Shown here in pieces: positions 57,306 to 64,000 of a stretch of DNA of 64,000 nt (within the stretch, counting starts at the first letter, position 1; every line of letters begins with the position of its first letter). The notes beneath the pieces were generated by a model that had not been told where the DNA came from, searched no databases, and was given only the letters and a program-made list of their open reading frames with translations. The DNA is from Catajapyx aquilonaris (Eukaryota): assembly GCA_000934665.2 (NCBI GenBank), contig KZ538051.1, positions 1 to 64,000 on the forward strand, written 5' to 3'. Both the position numbers and the translations under genes were made by a program.

Positions 57306-57404
57306 CCACCTAATGTAGTCTCCTGAATGGACCAGAACTAATGAGCCGATGCGACTAAGAGTGTGAACTAATGCAACGACGGAAAGTGTGAGTGCATAAG
57401 GCAA

Positions 57405-57870
57405 ATGGAGTCGGAGGGCGCGAGCGGGGGCGGGGGCGGTGGTGTGCCCTTAGGAGTAGGAGCTGCCCTGGGCAAGTTCAGGAGCTTCCATCCTCTGGAG
57501 CTCCGTAAGCTGACCCTGTACAACAGCGACTCGACCCCGAGCAGCCAGGAGAGCAGTCCCAAAGGATCCCCGGGCGGCCCCGGCAACAGCACCCCTAGGG
57601 AACTACGGAGACAGGGCTCACAGAGCCGGCTCCGTGAGTCCCTCCTGGCCTCTTTGCTTTCCCCTAGGACCAAAGAGATAGAGTTCACGGTGCCTCCCAC
57701 GCATTCGACCTCGCCTCTGACCCCGCCTTTGCTCAGAAAGGGGTTCACCGGGTCAGAATTTGCTGCCATCAGATCGGATGCTGAAACCACCTCATCATGC
57801 TCGACCTCAAGGGCCAACTCGCCTTCTCCGGTCATTATGATGTTCCGGAGCTGCTCCTCGGACATCGCAG
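57405..57870 (+). CDS. Probable coding exon (155 aa, Ser/Pro/Gly-rich, phase 1) of a gene continuing beyond the window
   Basis: GC-rich ORF with CAA ATG G start, MESEGASGGGGGG...RRQGSQSRLRESLLASLLSPR...MFRSCSSDIA, ending at CAG|GTACTG. Composition drops to AT-rich immediately after. No domain recognised. Confidence 0.65.
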
Positions 57871-60800
57871 GTACTGTATATTATGTACGCAGCGAGCGCA
57901 TTTTTTGGGGGGGCACTTGCGACATGTAACGAGCCAGCTAGATCTGGGAGCGGGATATAGATTCTCGCTCCACACAAAGCGCATTATTCTCGCTAGCTGC
58001 TTCTGTAGATAATTTTCGACTTTTTCTCATAGAAACGGCTCTGTCAGTCTGTATGTATGTCCGTCCGTCCGTCCGTCCGTCTGTGGACAGATATCAGGGC
58101 CTAAACCACATGAGATGGCGACAAACTGTTTTCGGATTCAGATTAAGCGTAACAAAATAGGTTTTAAGGTCAACGTCCGGTCATATCTGGGTACACTGTA
58201 TCCGCCACTGAGATCAAATCTGCAGGCAGGTAACAATATCAATTGGGTTCCTTGTCAACGGGAAATGAGACTTGACAACAATCAATGTCATTGTTATCCA
58301 ATTATAATCGCGTCGTGTCGTATCATCGTATCGGGTTTGTCAGCCTCATTTCCCGCTGCCCAATGAGAAAAGTCTACTCGAATCACGCTCGGGTGATTTT
58401 TTTTTTCTTCCAATTTTGTTTTACAAGCTCAACCGAGTGCGCAGCTCTATTGTGCTGACAACAACGTTGCCAGAGCTACTCCCCATGGGATTCGTTCCAG
58501 AGCATTGGCAACGCCCCAGAAAACTTTGTGTGTATTAAGTATTTGTTGCAAAAGTTGCGATTTGGCTCTATAACCGACCTCGGTCCCTTGAGGTCTGTTA
58601 TACCGGAGTCAACTGTATTTACGTGCTTATTTATATCATGCGAGGGCGTAATACAGCTAGCCAATTTCTGGAAGGTATCCTGAAGTATGTCCAAAATGCC
58701 ATTGCTGGCGGCTAATTGGATTCCCTTATTGTCTTATAAGCCCTGTCCTTCCTTCCCCCGCTGGGCTTGTAATTATCCGATTACAAATCCACCTGCACTT
58801 GTCGGTTATAAAGCAGCCAGCGGTAAGTCCACCGACGGTAAATATCTAATTAGCGGCTAATCTTACGTCCATTTCACTTTGCTGGCCTCCAAATATCGAT
58901 TCATGGTGCGCCTATATGGTGATCCTTCAAAAACAGTCAAGTCAAAATCAAAAACGCTCAGCAAAAACCATTGTTGCGTCAAGGGCTTTGACGACGTCAG
59001 CTCCGACATATCCCTCCATTATTGGACGTGCAATGCGGAGTTTTTTTTTAAAAAAATCGATGTGTGATACTCATATAGACATGTATACAGTATTTTCTTG
59101 CATTGAAACCATTTTATGATTGGTTACATAGTTGCCAGGATTATTAAGGAAAAAAAGTGGCATTTTGATCGCATTACGTCGCGGATATATACCATCCATC
59201 ATCTAGGCGTCTGTCTGATGAGCCTAATTAGATCGCAGTTTAAATTAAAATTGCATGGTCACACCTGTGTCGTAAATGAAAAAAAAGAGGCAAGTTCGCA
59301 ATGTTGCCATACTTATGTTTGACGCTAATTGAAGGGCTCTGGAGGAAAACATGTTAACTGTTCCTGATCTCAATTATCTCGGTAACGATGCTTCAGATAC
59401 CAAATGACACCTCTATACAGTACCTAAAATGATGCTTTATTCTCCAGGAGTTTGTCCTAATATTTTGTCTAAATTATTATGGCACGTTTCCACAGAAAGC
59501 ATACTGTATGACCTACCGCACAAATTGCTGCATTAAACTACAACACCAATAAATTCAATACTATGCAAGTTGATTCATTGTAGCTTTGTCACCTAACTAT
59601 GTTGACAGTCAAAAGTGATTATTTTCATCCCTAACCACCCCACCTCTCCACAAACCCCACAAAAAGGGGTCGCATTAAAAAAAAAAGACAATGTCGCAGT
59701 TGGCAGGATTTACGTTCACTGTACGTATTTAATAGTTTCTGACTGCGTACATGTAATATTATTATTGTTGCCCTATATACAGTGTTGTGGGCTGGTGCTG
59801 CATCTGGTGTACTGCAGAACCCTCGTTTATGCGAGCTAGATTTAATTAAATTCGCTTGTAATGGTATTACAGACCCACGGTTACTGCCATCTCATTATCT
59901 CAGCAACCCTAAACTCCTTTGTGCTCTATAATAACTCCGCTAGCCTGATAATAACACATGTCTCGGTTACATAATTTCATAATTAAGCTCATCGCAGTTA
60001 CTCGCATCCTTTACAAAAACACTTGTAGTGAAAAAGGAGGTTCACGTGTTTATAATTATGTTGACGTATACACTTCAATGTAATGATGGCAAAAAAGTTA
60101 TTTATGTACATCTCCTTCAATTATTACAAGTAGTTACAATATGTCGCAGTGTGACGTCAGTAAAATTCCAAGGCTGAATGTTGCTAGCTTCATCGGTTAT
60201 TGTGACATCTCGTGACATGGGGGAGGGGTTGGTTAGCCGTTTCCAAAATCAGGTTGACGTCCTTTTGTCCCCAGAAAAAAAAGCCTTTCGTTTGAGCTTC
60301 CAGACCTTTCTCTCTATCTCTATCTCTCTTTTTCTCCTTCTCCGGCCATCAATCCCAGTGAAGACGCTGTCCGAAGCAGTTAATTTCTGTAGAGTTCCCT
60401 CCTTCAAGATAGACAAATAGGAGGGTTTTGCTCTCGATCTTTTCTTCCCACATAGCCCCTATATAAATGCGAGTCTGAAACTGGGTGTGTTGAGTGACTC
60501 TATACGACAAACAAACAACCCCCAAACGTCAACTATATATACCGTAGTGTTTCTCTTTCCCAGCGGGACTCAAATTGTCCGCATTCAATCCCTGGGCTGC
60601 TTTGCTTCCGGGCTGCCACACTTCCATAATAACTAAGGCTTAATAATTGTCGTCACAGCGGATATAATTTTGCTCCCGTGTTTCCCCAGTGCAAAAGCAG
60701 AGGGATACGTCACTGAAGTCATCCGAGACTCGGTTGTGCTGTATAAAGTAACAGGACAATGTGTCACATAATTATTCGACAAACTGCTAAAAGATGAACT

Positions 60801-60877
60801 GCTGGACCCCGCCTCAGAGGGTCACTTTATGTATAGAGGTGTCATCCGGGTGGTCATTATGTCTCTGATCCTTATTA

Positions 60878-61255
60878 CAAAGTTGACTCCGGATGTAACA
60901 GACTTCAATAAGGGACCACTGATATGTTAAAACCAAATCGTCACTTTTGCAACAAAGTTTTCTGCTTTCCATACGCCTATAATGCACACTACTGCATACT
61001 TATTATTAATAGCCACAAAAATAGAAAACTAGCTCCATAAATTAGGCATGACCAAAGAAGTCAATAATTTTTATTCTGCCTTTCCCTTGTTGCCAAATAT
61101 AGCCCTATACCCCCCAAAAAAGTATGAAGGGCCAATGTTATAGCCGAGGTGAGGTGAAAACGAGTCTGTTATGACAGGAGTAAAAATACACAGGGCCTTA
61201 TGGAAGCAGTTTCGTGTCTGTTATAACCGAGGCTGTTATAGCCGGAGTCAACCTG
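60878..61255. mobile_element. pogo/Tigger-like MITE; fragments at ~23613, ~30298-30400 and ~58560-58616
   Basis: TA|CAAAGTTGACTCCGGATGTAACAG ... CTGTTATAGCCGGAGTCAACCTG|TA. The same end appears as TACAGTTGACTCCGGATATAACAGAC at 30296 and GTCTGTTATACCGGAGTCAACTGTA at 58593. Confidence 0.75.
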
Positions 61256-64000
61256 TATTATACAAATAATAATAATTCCACAGACAATATCAGTCATTTC
61301 AACAGTGTTGTTGAAACGTAACGTTTAAATACACTGTTTAAAATTAGAAGGTCTAACCCTGTATAGCATATTCCGATCGTTCATTACCTGATTTGGCCAA
61401 TCTCTTTTGCCTAATTACAGTTCTTGTTATGTATCCAGGGGCTAAAATTGAAGAGTGCAAGCCTTAATTGGTGTTTTTGAAAGATCGTGTTCCATTCCGG
61501 GTATTCGTTACTAATAATTCTCGTTATACGTTGCGTAAGTATATTGTTACTCGTCAATGTCGTATGGCATTACACACATTAAGTGGAGTTTGTACACAGC
61601 TTACGTCCGTATGTGTATAGTTACACGTGATGAAATGTGGGTTACAATCGGGGCATAACCGCAATGTTTTAGTAGCAAATGCGGATCTGACAGGTAATGA
61701 TCCGGATTCCTATTGTCCCCGGGCGACTGAGCACTAATTAACCCCGGGTTGTTTCACGTCCCGATGGACCCTCCTACCCTTCCCCCCGGATTTTTCGGTA
61801 CCAAAATTGCACAACGATGCACATTTTGTAAACCGTCCTATACGCTGGATCGATCAGGAATATGTAACTGCACCACTGCTATCTGTCCAGCAGGGGAAGA
61901 AAAAAAATATCCGGAAGGATTCCAGGTAAAATCCGGGGATAATACTACCAGTGCAAGTTACAGGTGTGCACACTCCGGATAACGTACGACGCGACCCTGG
62001 TTTCCTGCAGAATTGCAATGAAACCTGAAAAAAATATCCGCATTGTTATAAGTATAAAGCAACCGTTCTGATGGTTAATAAAATCTTCGCACTTAATTTT
62101 TCGGCGATAAACTCGAAAAATCCCCAAAATCCCTTCTATATAATATGGACTCGACTAAAATTTTCACAGTTTGTGAGCCTTTCTTCATCAGGCGAGGGAA
62201 TTAAGACGCGTCTGAGGAACAAATTCCTCTTGGCTCGTTTTCAAGTAAGACGCATCTTTCTCTCTGCTAATTAGAATTGATGCGAATAATCGCATTGTCA
62301 ACCGGTAGTTTTCTAGTCGAGCTTTGGGAACAAAAAAAAAGTAAGGGTTTTGATCAAAGAAGTTTTCAAGGTCCTTGTCTGAAACTAGCTTTAAAAAAAT
62401 AGGGAACAAACTGTCTGAAATGGAACAGTAATCCCCGATGTTATTAACTGACGTTTTCTATTTCACTTTTTGTAATATTCTCTGCAGATACTGGGATAAT
62501 GCGAGCTGCACTTTGATTACAGTCACAATGTCTAGTGAAACTAGTGGGTGGAACATTATGAAAGGAACACTGATTACAATAGTTTTTCTTATATCATAAA
62601 GTTTTTCATGCAGTACGCATAACATTATGTAACTTATGGTAGTTGAAAGTAATGCTCATAAGTTATCCAAGTTACCAAAATATGGCGTCCAAAAATTTTA
62701 GAGTTCCAACCTCTCCGGTTTTTACAACTTTTACAGAAATATTAACATGTAGTACATTTGTTATTTTTTGCTGGCGCATTTTGAAGCATTCCCTCAGATA
62801 TAATATTCTGCAAAGGTATATGAATACCAATAGGCTAATCATGCATGAAGTACGCTGTTATTAGACCAACTGGCAACTGATGAAATATTTCACTTGCCCA
62901 ACCGTAGCTGTAGTATAGAAAAAAGTCACTTCATTGATTACATTTTTAAAAAAGCTCGTTCAAGCATTTTTTTGTGTTACGTACCGTTTTTGATTTAAAA
63001 TTTCACATGCACAACTCGACTATTTTTTCCGAAGCCGCTCTCTATTATATCCTCATCAAACTGGCGAAAATCGATGTGTCTATTTCAGGCTGCTGTTATT
63101 TTGAACCGGCATAAAACTGAGAGTAAATACACTAAATTGACACATTGTAATCCCGGGCGAGTATTAATTAAATTTCGGTACACATGTTAATGCTGTTTGC
63201 AGCAGGATTCACAACACTGTATAAAAATAGCCCACATTCAATTATTATTTTCTGATTGCTTGTTGCGCAGGGATATAAGCTCAGCCTGCAGTATTTTTTA
63301 TCAATTATTTTGAGTGGTTTGAGTGTTTTCTGTCTGCCTACACTTGAAGTTACTGTACATCAAATTATTATCAGCAAACATTTCTTTCAGTAAATACATT
63401 AGTTAAGTACTAATTACACACACTTAAACTCAAGCTGAGATATGTTGCGAAAGTGAATTAATCGCCTGATTCTGCCATAGTGTATTAAATGAGCTATTAT
63501 TTTATTCATAATACGATTTAAAATCACTTAGAGAACTGACATCTTCACAAATTTCCTTCAGCCAATGATTTATTTCCCAAAATCTCCTGTTCAAAGTGAA
63601 GAAGTTAATGGATTGTTTTCCTCCAGCAAATAGAAACAAAGCTGGAATCAACAATCAGACCCGCATTCACAATTCTTTAAACTATTTGCTGGGGGTAAAC
63701 AACCCACGACTTCTTCGGGGGCCTTGAACTGAAGTATATACAACCTTGTTTAGCTTCAACATTTAACTGGCCGTTAAACAACCAATATTCGAACCAGTGT
63801 GTCTGTGTGTGATTGTTGTTCACACAAACACGTCCTGCTGGGCCGAACTGATAGGTCCCGTTGCATTATTTCCGTCGTCCAAAGGGAATAAATGGCTTGC
63901 TTCTCCTGAGATTGATCCTTGTGACGCGATTGGCGGGATCGCCTGTGGAGCTTGGGTGACAAAATGACGTGAAAACAGGAAGAATGGCGGCTATATGGCT

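Overview
Eukaryotic genomic DNA with GT-AG introns, from an invertebrate, probably an arthropod (inferred from gene families and SINE type). Five multi-exon genes can be rebuilt by hand with consistent exon phases: a GPI-anchored Ly6/three-finger protein of the crooked/quiver type (+, 2464-6674); the MYST histone acetyltransferase KAT8/MOF (-, 13907-18827); a divergently transcribed LRR protein with an N-terminal BC-box/Cullin-2-box-like motif (+, 19019-21154); a synaptotagmin-15-like protein (+, ~23725-26890); and a secreted trypsin-like serine protease with two TSP1 repeats (+, 31049-38618). There is also an unrecognised single-coding-exon 167-aa ORF with a PP1-docking RVxF motif and a Cys cluster (-, 10477-10980), and candidate first exons (47818, 57405) of a large gene that probably continues past the window. 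Introns and intergenic DNA hold many short non-autonomous DNA transposons whose termini/TSDs point to PIF/Harbinger, Tc1/mariner/pogo, piggyBac, Kolobok, P and possibly CACTA and Mutator, plus a tRNA-derived SINE with a 17-bp TSD and several tandem repeats. No autonomous transposase, CRISPR array or prokaryote-type system was found. All family assignments come from motif recognition, not database searches.
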